This document shows, in pieces, positions 47,078 through 57,413 of a stretch of DNA of 64,000 bases (positions are counted from its first letter, which is position 1; each line of letters starts with the position of its first letter). The notes beneath the pieces are model-generated. The model saw only the letters and a program-made list of their open reading frames with translations, searched no databases and was not told where the DNA came from. Both the position numbers and the translations under genes were made by a program. The DNA lies in assembly GCA_963825395.1 (NCBI GenBank), contig CAWGTQ010000016.1, forward strand, positions 388,269 to 452,268. The letters run 5' to 3'. Origin of the DNA: an uncultured Acidobacteriota bacterium (GTDB lineage Bacteria > Acidobacteriota > Terriglobia > UBA7540).

Positions 47078-49822
47078 ATGCGGCTGCTAAGTGACGCGGG
47101 GATCAATCGCCGTGAATTTCTGAAGAAGACCGCCCTGGCGGGGGGAGTAGGCATGGTCAATGGGGCGTTTGCGGCATCCGGACGCAGCGTATCCATCATC
47201 CGGGCCCCAGGCGACCCGGTGGCCGCTTCCGCGCCGGTCGAATGGGCCGTCAGGGAGGTTGAGCAGTCGCTCAGGGCGCGGGGTGTTGCGGTGCTATTTC
47301 ATCAAAGCATTGACCAAGCCGCTGCCGACGACCTTTGCATTGCTGTCTCCGGTGCAGCGGCTGGACGGGCCACCGCACTCCTGGAGACATCGGGCGTCTC
47401 CGCCCCCACGGCCCCGGAGTCTTTGACCATAGCGCCTGGAAAGGCCGCTGGCCGGCCTCTGCTCCTAGCTTGCGGAGCGGACGCTCGCGGCCTGGTATAC
47501 GCTTTGATGGAGATCGCGGACCGGGTGAACTATGCGGACGATCCGTTTGAGGCTCTTGAGGTGCGGGCGCCCATTATGGAGCGTCCCGCCAATCTGGTGC
47601 GTTCTGTGGACCGCTGTTTCGTGAGCGATGTGGAGGACAAACCCTGGTATAGCGACCGTTCGATGTGGCCGCCGTATCTCACCATGCTGGCCACCCAGCG
47701 ATTCAATCGCTTCACGCTAAGCTTCGGTATTGGCTACGATTACCCTCACGCGGTCACGGACGCTTACTTTTATTTCGCCTATCCCTTCCTGCTTGGGGTT
47801 CCTGGATACAATGTGCGCGCGGTGGGGCTTCCGGACGAGGAACGCGACCGGAACCTCAAAATGCTGCGCTGGATCAGTGATGAGACGGCTGCCCGCGGCT
47901 TGGATTTTCATCTAGGGCTCTGGACCCACGCCTTTGAATGGCCCAAAGGCTCTGAACCTAACTACACCATCGAGGGTCTAACTCCTGAGACTCACGCCTC
48001 TTATTGCCGGGACGCCCTCCGCACCTTGCTCGAAGCGTGCCCGAGCATCAGCGGGGTGACGTTTCGGATTCACGGGGAGAGCGGCATCCCCGAGGGAAAC
48101 CTTTCGTTCTGGCCAACGGTGTTTGAGGCCATTCCCAAATCCGGGCGGCGAATTGAAATCAACATGCACGCCAAAGGCATGAGCGAGCGGATGATCGATA
48201 TGGCGCTTTCCGTGGGAGCGCCCGTCACCATTTCGCCGAAGTACTGGGCCGAACATATCGGGTTGCCCTACCAGCCGTCGTCGATCCGCCGGATGGAAAT
48301 GCCGCCGCGCGGCCAGAAGGAGGAAGGGTTCTTCCGCCTCAGTTCCGGGGCAAGAAGATTTCTGCGCTACAGTTACGGCGATTTATTGGGGCACGACCGC
48401 CGCTATGGGGTCATCTTCCGTGTCTGGCCGGGAACGCAGCGGTGTCTCATGTGGGGCGACCCGGTGATGGCAGCGGCAGGCGCGCGCGCCGCGGGCTTTT
48501 GTGGCAGCCGGGGAATGGACCTTTTTGAGCCGCTTTCGTTCAAGGGACGGCACGGCTCGGGCCTGCCGGGTGGGAGATGCGCTTATGCGGATGATTCCCT
48601 AAATCCCCGTTATGATTGGGAAAAGTTTCTCTACACCTACCGCGTCTGGGGGCGTCACCTTTATAATCCCGATACCCATCCTGACACGTGGCGCCGGTTT
48701 TTGCGCAAGCAATACCGGGCGGCGTCTTACGCTACCGAGGAGGCGCTCGCCAACGCCAGCCGCATTCTGCGCCTGGTGCTGACAGCACGGGGGCCTTCCG
48801 GCGCCAATAACAGTTACTGGCCTGAAATTTACACCAACATGCCCATCGTTGATGCGGACAAGAACCATGTTTACCACGATACTTTGCCGCCCAAGACTTT
48901 CGCCAATGTCAGCTCATTCGATCCAGAAATGTTTGCTCAGATCAATGACGTTGCGGCGGCGATGCTCAAGGGAAATCCCAGCGGTAAATACACGCCCATC
49001 GAAGTAGCGAAATGGCTTGAGGGCTTCGCAGACGCGGCCGACAAAGGCCTTGCCGCGGCAAAGGCCCGGTCAAGCGATCCGCGTACTCCCGAGTTCCGAC
49101 GCGTGGCCGTTGACGTGGTCATTCAGAGCAGCATCGGGCGATTCTTCGCGTGGCAGCTCCGCAGTGGGGTGCTCTACGCGCTTTACGAACTAACGGGGGA
49201 CACGACGGCCCTCGAAGAAGCGCTGCGAGCTTACCGCCGCGCGCGCAAACACTGGGCGGACGCTGCGATTCATGCGAAGGGTGTTTACCTGGCGGATATC
49301 ACTTATGGGACGGAAGGGAACCTTCGGGGCTGTTGGCTGGACCGCCTGCCGGCAATCGACGACGACATTCGAGATATGGAGAATCGTCTGGTGAAGGCGA
49401 AGGAGACCGTGGCCCCCGCCGAGGGTCCAGACCGCGAAAGGGTGCGGAATGCGGTGCACAAGGTATTATCGCGGCCGATGCGGCCTACACTGCCCTGCCG
49501 GCATGTGGCGCCCGCTCATTTCGAGGCCGGGCAGCCCTTGCGGGTTGAGCTTTCAGTTGAGCCTCGCAGCGGCATCGAGGGCATTACCGTCCGTTTCGTA
49601 TACCGCCACGTGAACCAGGGTGAGGACTATCAGACGCAAGAAATGCAACCGGAGTCGAACCTGTACGCAGCGATCATTCCGGGAAGCTATACGAAATCAC
49701 CCTATGCGCTTCAATACTTCTTTGAGCTTCATACGCGTGGCGGATGGGCGTGGCTTTATCCTGGACTGGGCCCGCATTTGTCAAATCAACCGTATTTCGT
49801 AGTGGAGCAGGCAGGAGTTTAA
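47078..49822 (+). CDS. Tat-signal exported protein, probable glycoside hydrolase (family not recognised)
   Basis: The ATG at 47078 follows AGGAGGGGG. The twin-arginine leader is INRREFLKKTALAGGVGMV. The protein has about 914 aa. It sits 21 nt upstream of a GH42-like gene. Confidence 0.65.
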   Translation: MRLLSDAGINRREFLKKTALAGGVGMVNGAFAASGRSVSIIRAPGDPVAASAPVEWAVREVEQSLRARGVAVLFHQSIDQAAADDLCIAVSGAAAGRATALLETSGVSAPTAPESLTIAPGKAAGRPLLLACGADARGLVYALMEIADRVNYADDPFEALEVRAPIMERPANLVRSVDRCFVSDVEDKPWYSDRSMWPPYLTMLATQRFNRFTLSFGIGYDYPHAVTDAYFYFAYPFLLGVPGYNVRAVGLPDEERDRNLKMLRWISDETAARGLDFHLGLWTHAFEWPKGSEPNYTIEGLTPETHASYCRDALRTLLEACPSISGVTFRIHGESGIPEGNLSFWPTVFEAIPKSGRRIEINMHAKGMSERMIDMALSVGAPVTISPKYWAEHIGLPYQPSSIRRMEMPPRGQKEEGFFRLSSGARRFLRYSYGDLLGHDRRYGVIFRVWPGTQRCLMWGDPVMAAAGARAAGFCGSRGMDLFEPLSFKGRHGSGLPGGRCAYADDSLNPRYDWEKFLYTYRVWGRHLYNPDTHPDTWRRFLRKQYRAASYATEEALANASRILRLVLTARGPSGANNSYWPEIYTNMPIVDADKNHVYHDTLPPKTFANVSSFDPEMFAQINDVAAAMLKGNPSGKYTPIEVAKWLEGFADAADKGLAAAKARSSDPRTPEFRRVAVDVVIQSSIGRFFAWQLRSGVLYALYELTGDTTALEEALRAYRRARKHWADAAIHAKGVYLADITYGTEGNLRGCWLDRLPAIDDDIRDMENRLVKAKETVAPAEGPDRERVRNAVHKVLSRPMRPTLPCRHVAPAHFEAGQPLRVELSVEPRSGIEGITVRFVYRHVNQGEDYQTQEMQPESNLYAAIIPGSYTKSPYALQYFFELHTRGGWAWLYPGLGPHLSNQPYFVVEQAGV

Positions 49823-49843
49823 GAAGATGAGGAGGGTTTGGTC

Positions 49844-52036
49844 ATGGTAAATCGACGCGACTTTCTGCAAACCTTCGCCATTGGATCGTTGCTCGCCACG
49901 AGCAGGCCAGGCAGTTCGGGGGAAGTAGCCGGGTCGGACCCCAAAGGATGGTACGACCGCCCGATGCGCTGGGCGCAGCTCGCCTTCGTCGAGGACGACC
50001 CGGGCAACTACGATCCCGCCTTTTGGCTGGACTATTTCCGCCGCATTCATGCCGATGCCGCATGTCTTAGCGCCGGAGGGTGCGTCGCCTTTTATCCTAC
50101 CCAAATTCCTCTTCATTACCGAAGCAGGTGGCTGGGGAATATGGATCCCTTCGGCGATATGGTGAAGGGTTGCCGCGCTTTGGGAATGAATGTGATTGGC
50201 CGAACCGACCCTCATGCCGTGCATCAGGATGTCTTTGACGCGCATCCCGACTGGATCATGGTTGACGCCGAGGGTAGAAAGCAGCGGCACCCGTCGGATC
50301 CGGACTTCTGGATTACTTGTGCCCTCGGCCCCTACAATTTCGAGTTCATGACCACCGTGACGAAGGAGATCATGCGGCTCTACCACTTGGACGGAATCTT
50401 CTCGAACCGCTGGGCCGGTTCCGGCATGTGCTACTGCCTTCACTGTAAGGAGAACTTCCTGGCGTTCTCAGGGATGGATCTGCCACGAAGCAACGATCCA
50501 CAGAATCCGGCGCGACGCCAATACATCCTCTGGCGCCAGAAGCGGCTCTTTGAACTGTGGCGCCTCTGGGATTCCGCCATTAAGGATATCAATCCTGGCG
50601 CCAGCTATATCGCGAATGCCGGTGGCGGGGCTCTTAGCGGACTCGACATGAAAACCATCGGCGAGATAGCGCCTACATTGTTCGCGGATAGGCAAGGGCG
50701 CAGTGGGGTCATGCCGCCGTGGGCAAACGGTAAGAATGGCAAGGAATACCGTGCCACCCTGGGGCGAAAGGCGATTGCCGGGATCTTCAGTGTCGGAAAT
50801 ACCGCCAAGTACCGGTGGAAGGACTCCGTTCAAAATGGCGACGAGATCCGGATGTGGGTTGTCGACGGCATTGCGCACGGTTTGCGCCCCTGGTTTACCA
50901 AATTCAATGCCAAGCCGATCGACCGGCGCTGGCTTCCCGTAGTCGAAGAGATCTATAACTGGCATTACCAGAATGAGCGATACCTGCGCAATGAACGCTC
51001 GCTGGCCCGAGTGGCCATGGTGTATTCGCAACAGACCGCCGCATTTTATGGAGGCGAGCAGGCACAAGCCAAGGTGGAAGATCCCGCCCTCGGCTTTTAC
51101 CAGGCGCTCGTGGAAGCTCGGATTCCCTTCGAGATGGTCCATGACGAACTGCTCGATTCTGAGCACGTGGCGCCTTTCCGTACGCTAATCCTGCCGAACA
51201 TTGCGGCGCTATCCACGAAACAGTGCGATCAGATCCAGGAATATGTGAATAAGGGCGGGAGTGTTATCGCCACTTATGAAACGTCGCTTTATGACGAATG
51301 GGGCGTACGCAGGCAGGACTTCGGGCTTGCCTCCCTATTCGGTGCTTCGTTTGCCGGCGGGGTGGAAGGGCCGATGTTGAACTCCTATCTAGCCTTGGAG
51401 AAGGATCCGGCGACCGGCCGTTTCCATCCCCTGTTGTTCGGGCTGGAGGATGCAACCCGCATCATCAACGGCGTGAATAGAGTGATCGTGAAACCTGCGG
51501 AAGCCGGTGCGTATTCTCCCCTGAGGGTCGTTCCCTCGTATCCGGATCTTCCTATGGAAGAGGTTTTCCCGCGTCCGGCCACGACGAATGAGGCGGGGGT
51601 ATTCATTCGTCAAATTGGACGCGGACGCGTGGTGTACTTCCCTTGGGATGTGGACCGCACCTTCTGGGAGGTGCTGGATGTGGATCACGGGAAGTTGCTG
51701 CGCAACGCGGTGCTGTGGGCCACGAACGAACCGGCGCCGGTTTCGGTCAAGGGTGCTGGGGTTCTTGATCTGTCAATCTGGACGCAAAAGAATTCCATAA
51801 CCGTTCATCTGGTGAACCTGACCAATCCCATGATGATGAAGGGACCCCTGCGGGAGATCATTCCCGTGCCGCGCCAGCAGGTGCGCATCCTTATTCCCAA
51901 CCGCCAGCACATCGCGAAGGTCCACCTGCTGGTGGCAAAGCAGGAGATACCCTATCGACAGGACGGGGTTACCATTGATCTGGAGATCCCGGCCATAGAA
52001 CTTCATGAGGTCATCGCGCTCGATTTTGCGTCCTAG
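49844..52036 (+). CDS. Tat-signal GH42-like / beta-galactosidase-trimerisation-domain family protein
   Basis: The ATG at 49844 follows GAGGAGGG. The leader is VNRRDFLQTFAIGSLLA. The N-terminal TIM-barrel-like region (GMNVIGRTDPHAV...LDGIFSNRW) and a Cys cluster (CYCLHC) resemble this family. Confidence 0.65.
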   Translation: MVNRRDFLQTFAIGSLLATSRPGSSGEVAGSDPKGWYDRPMRWAQLAFVEDDPGNYDPAFWLDYFRRIHADAACLSAGGCVAFYPTQIPLHYRSRWLGNMDPFGDMVKGCRALGMNVIGRTDPHAVHQDVFDAHPDWIMVDAEGRKQRHPSDPDFWITCALGPYNFEFMTTVTKEIMRLYHLDGIFSNRWAGSGMCYCLHCKENFLAFSGMDLPRSNDPQNPARRQYILWRQKRLFELWRLWDSAIKDINPGASYIANAGGGALSGLDMKTIGEIAPTLFADRQGRSGVMPPWANGKNGKEYRATLGRKAIAGIFSVGNTAKYRWKDSVQNGDEIRMWVVDGIAHGLRPWFTKFNAKPIDRRWLPVVEEIYNWHYQNERYLRNERSLARVAMVYSQQTAAFYGGEQAQAKVEDPALGFYQALVEARIPFEMVHDELLDSEHVAPFRTLILPNIAALSTKQCDQIQEYVNKGGSVIATYETSLYDEWGVRRQDFGLASLFGASFAGGVEGPMLNSYLALEKDPATGRFHPLLFGLEDATRIINGVNRVIVKPAEAGAYSPLRVVPSYPDLPMEEVFPRPATTNEAGVFIRQIGRGRVVYFPWDVDRTFWEVLDVDHGKLLRNAVLWATNEPAPVSVKGAGVLDLSIWTQKNSITVHLVNLTNPMMMKGPLREIIPVPRQQVRILIPNRQHIAKVHLLVAKQEIPYRQDGVTIDLEIPAIELHEVIALDFAS

Positions 52037-52039
52037 CGT

Positions 52040-52342
52040 TCATTCCGGCCGATGGGGGGACCAGGAGAAACCGGCGGGTACGCGGCCTTGCCGCTTGCCC
52101 CCTACCGGCGGCAGATCGGGAGCCGTATTCGCCAAGGCTTGCAGGCCCGGCTTCTCCTCGACGGAGACAGTAATCACGCTGGGCGGGGCCTCGGGAGTCC
52201 CGCCGCTTTGGCTCTGCAGCACCACTTCTTGATAGACCAGCAGCACTTCCCGCATCTTAGTCTCGAAGGCCGGATCGCGCCGCTCCAGATAATAAGTCAC
52301 CTTGTCGGCTGACCAGAAGATTGGCCGTGGTCGAGCGTGCAC
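52040..52342 (-). mobile_element. IS630-family transposase fragment (no DDE domain)
   Basis: The translation RRDPAFETKMREVLLVYQEV...VSVEEKPGLQAL matches the conserved SxDPxFxxK...DEKxxIQAL linker region of IS630-like transposases. It is truncated on both sides. Confidence 0.6.
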
Positions 52343-52890
52343 GATTATGTGGGGAGCGTGAACGATGCACCGATCACCCCCAGCGGCCTGTCGGCGGATC
52401 GCATCACGATTCCCGCCGACCCGCGAACGCGGATATGAGCCGATGCCAGGATGGGACTATGCCGGATCGAAATGCTGCAGACGAACGCAAACGACGCGTA
52501 CGTCTGCGCTACCTCGCTTCTGGAGCTGATGGCCGACAGGATTAGCTTCGACCTGCGGCAGTTGGGCGTTCCGGAACTCCAGGAGCCATAGAGGGGCCTC
52601 TGCGGTCCGCCTTCCGTGGGGTTTTCAGCGACCCTCCTCAGCGTTTCCACGAGTGCAAGCGCAATATTGGTCGAACTTCCCCGCCGTCCTCGATTCGCTG
52701 TATAATCCTGCTAAAGGGAGAGACCTGCAGGAGAACACGACGCGGAGGAGCGCGTGCGAACGGACGAGGGGTGTGCTGGCAGCAATGAAACGCGGCCCCC
52801 CCTTAAACAGGGTTATGTGTGGTTGGGTGTTGACTAGCGGGCGATGACAGCGCGGGCTCTGGTGGCTGATACTGGCCAAAAAGGGGCGCA

Positions 52891-55464
52891 ATGAAAACTC
52901 AGAAGCCAACCAAACAGCATTCTCAGCGGATGCTGTGCTGCCTGATGCTGGCGGCAGCATTGCCGCCGGCTTTCGGCCAAGTGGGTTCCGATCCGCAGGC
53001 ACTGCAAAACAGCGGCATCGCCAAGATCGACACGTGGACCGATTATGTCCGCCGCACCGGGGACGCCAAGAGCACAGTCTCCGAGTTGGCGGCAGCGCAG
53101 GCCGACTTGAAAGCCAGCTTTGACCTTTTCACGCAGCAGAAAGACTATGCCGGAGCGTCGCTGAGCGCGACCAAACTGGCGAACATCGAGAGACTGTTGA
53201 ACCAATGGCGCCAGGCTGTGCCGATCTACCAGACGGCAGTACAGCTCGCCAAGCTCGCCGGTCGTACAGATTATCAAACCACCGCGCTGTCGAACCTTTC
53301 ATGGTCCGAGTTGCAGCTCGGCGAGACTGACGCAGCCGAAGAGCACGTCCGTGAGGCCGTGCGCCTCGGGGCCGATTGCGGCAACAAGGAGTTTTATTTC
53401 GAGGCCCTCGATACGGCTGGTGAGGTCGAGGCCAAGCGGAACGATCTGGTGGCGGCAGGCGATTACCTGGACCGTGCACTGGCCATGAGCGGACAGATCG
53501 ATGACAAGAAGAAACTTTACCTCGGATACATGGATCGCGGCGACATTTACGGGCAGATTGCCACGAAGTGCGACTATCAGCGCAACTTCGACGTCTGCTA
53601 CCAGTCACTCGAGCTGGCACGGACCGACTACCAGAAGGGATTGGCCATTACCCAGGAGCTGGGTTATACCTATTTCTCGAATTTGTTCCAGGAGTTCCTG
53701 AAAGAACTCGATACCCGTAAGGCGATAATTCAGTCGATGCAGCATGGTGATCAGGCTATTACCAGCACCAAGCTCTTCAGCCCCCAGCAACCGAAGGATG
53801 TGCTGGTCACAGAGCATTTCACGTCCGGCGCCTGGGACGCTGCCATGCTAGCGCCGGTGGAAGCCGTGGTTAAGGAGTTTCGGGATTGGCAGGCTCGTCA
53901 GCGGCAGCAGGGATTGACCGTGCAGGATCTTAATCCCTCAGACGCTTGCCTGGAAGGCCAACTTGCCGAGATGAAAGGCGACAATGATGCTGCCTTGGCG
54001 GCCTTTCAGCAAGCTCATGAACTGCTGGAAAAGGATCGCCGGAACCTGAATGACGAACAGGCACGGGGCGCATTCATGGAGGACAAGCTTTCCTGCTATT
54101 ACGATCCGGCGCTCATTATGCTCGACCGCCGACGGTATCCGGAAGCCTTCGCCATTTTCGAACAGTCGCGTTCCCGGGCTATGGCCGACCTTCTGGCCAG
54201 TCGCCCGCTGACCTTGGACAACGCCAAGGAACGTGAGCTGTTCTCACAACTGCAAACCCTAAAGACCAACATTGCCGCGCAGCAGGAAAAGCTTTTCAAC
54301 CTCACCGGCAGCCGGGATCGCGACAAGAACATCAAGCAAATTATCGAGCTTCAGAGCAAGATCACCGCGCTCCAGCAACAGTTCGAGCAGCTCGAAAGCC
54401 GCGTCGCGAAAGAAGCCCCCAAACTGAAGGAACTGACGGCCGCTCAACCTGCGACGCTGGACAGCGTGCAGCGATCCGCGGCGAAGGGGAATTATGATGT
54501 TCTCTATTACGTGGTTCTGGAACACGCCGTAATCCTTTGGCATATTGACGGCGCCGGAGTCCAGGTCAAGAATGTTTTCCTGCCGCATGTTCAGCTTATA
54601 AAAAAGGCCGCGGCCCTTCACGACAGCCTGGTCGCACCACGCGACGCACCGGACGCTCAGTTCGACGAGGACACTTCGCGCCAGTTGTTTCTCTACCTCA
54701 TCCAGCCGATGCTCGCTTCCATCAAGAGCCGTCATCTCATCCTGGTACCCCACGAAGAGCTAAACTCGATTCCCTTCCAGGCGCTGCAAGACCCGGCAAC
54801 TGGAAAGTATCTGGGAGAGACTTTTGCGATTTCCTATGCGCCTAGCGCCACAGTCCTGGCAAGTCTGGAGAGCCTTTCGTCACTGAAGCGCGGGCGCCTG
54901 CTGGCAGTGGCCGATCCTTCGATCCACGAGGCCAGCGATGAAGTCAACGCCATCGGCAAGCTCTATCCGGGACGCAGTAAAGTGGTAGCGCAAGAAGCCG
55001 CCAGCAAAGCAGACGTGAAGAGCTGGGTGAGCGATTACGATATGGTGCACCTTTCGGTGCATGGGAAGTTCAATCGCAGTGATCCGCTGCTATCATATCT
55101 GCAACTCAAGGAAGAGGAACCTGACAATGGGCGGTTGACGGCGGCGGAAATGTTTGGCCTGCCGCTACGGAAGAACAGTGTTGTGGTGCTGAGCGCCTGC
55201 GAAACCGGCCGCGTCGAGGCAACTCACGCCAACGAAGTCCAGGGCATGGTGCGCTCGCTGCTCTACGCTGGGGCAGGCAGACTGGTGCTTTCCGAGTGGG
55301 AAGTGAATGCCGGGTCCACCCGCTTGTGGATGGAGACCTTCTACCGGCAGGGGCAAAACAGCCCGCCAGCGGAGGCGGCACGGCTGGCCCTGATTGCGGT
55401 TAAGGCGCGCCCCGAGTACAGTCATCCCTTTTTCTGGGCGCCGTTTGTGATGACGGGGAAATAG
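52891..55464 (+). CDS. exported TPR-like / coiled-coil / CHAT-domain (caspase-fold) protease
   Basis: This 857-aa ORF has a signal peptide (MLCCLMLAAALPPAFGQ). The C-terminal CHAT domain carries a His (MVHLSVHGKF) and a Cys (VVVLSACETG) dyad context and ends with HPFFWAPFVMTGK. Confidence 0.85.
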   Translation: MKTQKPTKQHSQRMLCCLMLAAALPPAFGQVGSDPQALQNSGIAKIDTWTDYVRRTGDAKSTVSELAAAQADLKASFDLFTQQKDYAGASLSATKLANIERLLNQWRQAVPIYQTAVQLAKLAGRTDYQTTALSNLSWSELQLGETDAAEEHVREAVRLGADCGNKEFYFEALDTAGEVEAKRNDLVAAGDYLDRALAMSGQIDDKKKLYLGYMDRGDIYGQIATKCDYQRNFDVCYQSLELARTDYQKGLAITQELGYTYFSNLFQEFLKELDTRKAIIQSMQHGDQAITSTKLFSPQQPKDVLVTEHFTSGAWDAAMLAPVEAVVKEFRDWQARQRQQGLTVQDLNPSDACLEGQLAEMKGDNDAALAAFQQAHELLEKDRRNLNDEQARGAFMEDKLSCYYDPALIMLDRRRYPEAFAIFEQSRSRAMADLLASRPLTLDNAKERELFSQLQTLKTNIAAQQEKLFNLTGSRDRDKNIKQIIELQSKITALQQQFEQLESRVAKEAPKLKELTAAQPATLDSVQRSAAKGNYDVLYYVVLEHAVILWHIDGAGVQVKNVFLPHVQLIKKAAALHDSLVAPRDAPDAQFDEDTSRQLFLYLIQPMLASIKSRHLILVPHEELNSIPFQALQDPATGKYLGETFAISYAPSATVLASLESLSSLKRGRLLAVADPSIHEASDEVNAIGKLYPGRSKVVAQEAASKADVKSWVSDYDMVHLSVHGKFNRSDPLLSYLQLKEEEPDNGRLTAAEMFGLPLRKNSVVVLSACETGRVEATHANEVQGMVRSLLYAGAGRLVLSEWEVNAGSTRLWMETFYRQGQNSPPAEAARLALIAVKARPEYSHPFFWAPFVMTGK

Positions 55465-55465
55465 C

Positions 55466-56374
55466 ATGCCCGAGCTCTGGAACGACTTCACGGACAAGCT
55501 GGGAAGTCTGGCAGGAAAATGGACGGCATACGCCGCCGTGGGCTCCTTCTTGCTCTACCTGCTCGGCTACCTTACCCTGCGTTTCCAGCTCAGCACCTAC
55601 GGCGTGGCCGCCGACCTCGACATTTTCGATGAAAAGTACCTGTTCGCTGGTTGCCGCTTTGTGGTGTACCTGGTATCGGCCGTGCCTAACATTCTCATTA
55701 TCGTTCTGGTGCTGGCGGCCATCGGATATGTCCCGTACAAGCTTGTGCCGGTGTCTCTCAAGGACCGCATGAAACGCTGGGTCTCTTCTTGGTGCGCCCC
55801 CCCTCTCCATCTGCCTCTGCTGGGCGTGGTGCTGGCTGTGGCGTTGATCCAATTCGTGATGCGTAAGTGCTTCGCCTTTGGCAATCTGCTGCTGCGTAAG
55901 CAACTGCCCGATGAATGGTCCAGTTCCGTGCTCCTGGCCAGCGATGGCAAGCTTTCGCTGTACTTCAGCGGCCTGGTTGCAGGCGCGCTGCTCACCGGCG
56001 CCATCCTTCTTTTTGTGCAACACCGCGCCACGGCCACCACCGCCGCATCCCGCTTCTGGACAGGCCTTCTGGTTTTCCTTTTTGCGGTAGAGTTTCTGCT
56101 GCTGCCGGTCAACTACGGCGTCCTGATCGCCACCCAGCAGCTTCCGCGAGTAGCAGAACTCAGCGCCGTTGAGAAGCCTCCCGCAGGTGAACGTGACTGG
56201 CTGCTGTGGGACAGCAAAGACGCTTTCACCTACTTCATTCGCGACGGCCAAGATCAGCGCACGATCATCACCGTGCCCAGAAAGGACGCCACGGTGAGGA
56301 TCGTCGCTTATGACGACATATTTTGCGTGTTGTTTGGCGGAAACAACGTCCAGTCCCGTCCCTGTCCGAGGTAG
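55466..56374 (+). CDS. polytopic membrane protein, unknown family
   Basis: The ATG lies 1 nt after the CHAT stop (TAGCATG). About 5 hydrophobic helices precede a soluble C-terminal domain of ~80 aa. Confidence 0.6.
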   Translation: MPELWNDFTDKLGSLAGKWTAYAAVGSFLLYLLGYLTLRFQLSTYGVAADLDIFDEKYLFAGCRFVVYLVSAVPNILIIVLVLAAIGYVPYKLVPVSLKDRMKRWVSSWCAPPLHLPLLGVVLAVALIQFVMRKCFAFGNLLLRKQLPDEWSSSVLLASDGKLSLYFSGLVAGALLTGAILLFVQHRATATTAASRFWTGLLVFLFAVEFLLLPVNYGVLIATQQLPRVAELSAVEKPPAGERDWLLWDSKDAFTYFIRDGQDQRTIITVPRKDATVRIVAYDDIFCVLFGGNNVQSRPCPR

Positions 56375-56380
56375 GAAGTC

Positions 56381-57136
56381 ATGCGTAGACCCATTGCCTG
56401 CTTGCTCTTGATTTTACTGGTAAGTGCCTTCCCAGGACTCGCCCAGACGAATGCACCAGCCGGCAGGCCGAAGCCACAGACCAGTTTCATCGAGAAGGTC
56501 CTGAAGTTTGTCGGCATCTCCGACAATCCGGGCACGCTCAAAGGTCCGGGCGACGAAGTTACCAGTGGAGAACTCTGGCTGACCGACTTGCAGGCCAGGA
56601 CCACGCGCGCTTTGACCTCCAGCGACGGCTACCGTTCTCCGATTTTTCTGGCTGGAAACAAGGACGTACTCGCGCTGCGCGGTACGGAGGTGGTACGCGT
56701 CCCAAGTGCGGGTGGAGAAGGCAAGAAGCTCTATTCGGTTGACGGGATCCTGAAGCTGGTGGGAGCCGGCTCGGAAGATGCCGGAACGGTACTCATCCTC
56801 TTGCGGGACGGAGTCGGCGGACATCCGCGTGTAGGGCTGCTGACGGTTGGCACAGGGGTGGTGATGCCTATGCCTTACGACTCTGCTTCCAATCATGATC
56901 TGCAAATGGTGGAGGACCTGGAAGGATGGTCGCGGACTTACGGCGACCAGCACATCTACGTGCGACGGCAATTCAAACAAGCGCTCTCGGGTACGGTCGA
57001 GTGGAGTGACGTTTTTCTTCAGGTGGAAGGTCAACCGCCGGTGGATGTCAGCCAGTGTGATGGGGTCAATTGCGGGCAGCCGTCCCTCTCCGCTGATCAA
57101 CATTGGCTGGTCTTCGTAAAAACGAAGACGGAATAA
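56381..57136 (+). CDS. exported protein, possibly beta-propeller-like, unknown family
   Basis: The ATG lies 6 nt after the previous stop, with an AGGAAG RBS. The signal peptide is MRRPIACLLLILLVSAFPGLAQ. The C-terminal PSLSADQHWLVFV resembles a TolB-type blade motif. Confidence 0.6.
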   Translation: MRRPIACLLLILLVSAFPGLAQTNAPAGRPKPQTSFIEKVLKFVGISDNPGTLKGPGDEVTSGELWLTDLQARTTRALTSSDGYRSPIFLAGNKDVLALRGTEVVRVPSAGGEGKKLYSVDGILKLVGAGSEDAGTVLILLRDGVGGHPRVGLLTVGTGVVMPMPYDSASNHDLQMVEDLEGWSRTYGDQHIYVRRQFKQALSGTVEWSDVFLQVEGQPPVDVSQCDGVNCGQPSLSADQHWLVFVKTKTE

Positions 57137-57368
57137 GACCGAGCGCGATTAAGTTTCAGCGAGATTATCGAGCTTTAAGCTTTATCGCAGTAAACAGAGG
57201 CTCGGCAAAGTCCCATGCCGGCGATGTGCGTGGTTGGGTCAGGAACGTTGGCTATCCGGAAGCGATTCGAGTCGGGACTCAACGCTACAGCTTACCTGCG
57301 TATAGTCGCCAAGGTTAACCAATAGATGTCAAAAACTGCCCAACCCACTACCTGAGCTGGATTGGGAA

Positions 57369-57413
57369 CGAAGAACGCCCTTCCTGGAAAGTGGCCAAGC
57401 TGAGCCACGGGTA
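57369..57413 (+). repeat. 45-nt conserved hairpin element, copy 2
   Basis: It reads cgaagaacgcccttcctggaaagtggccaagctgagccacgggta. Confidence 0.6.
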
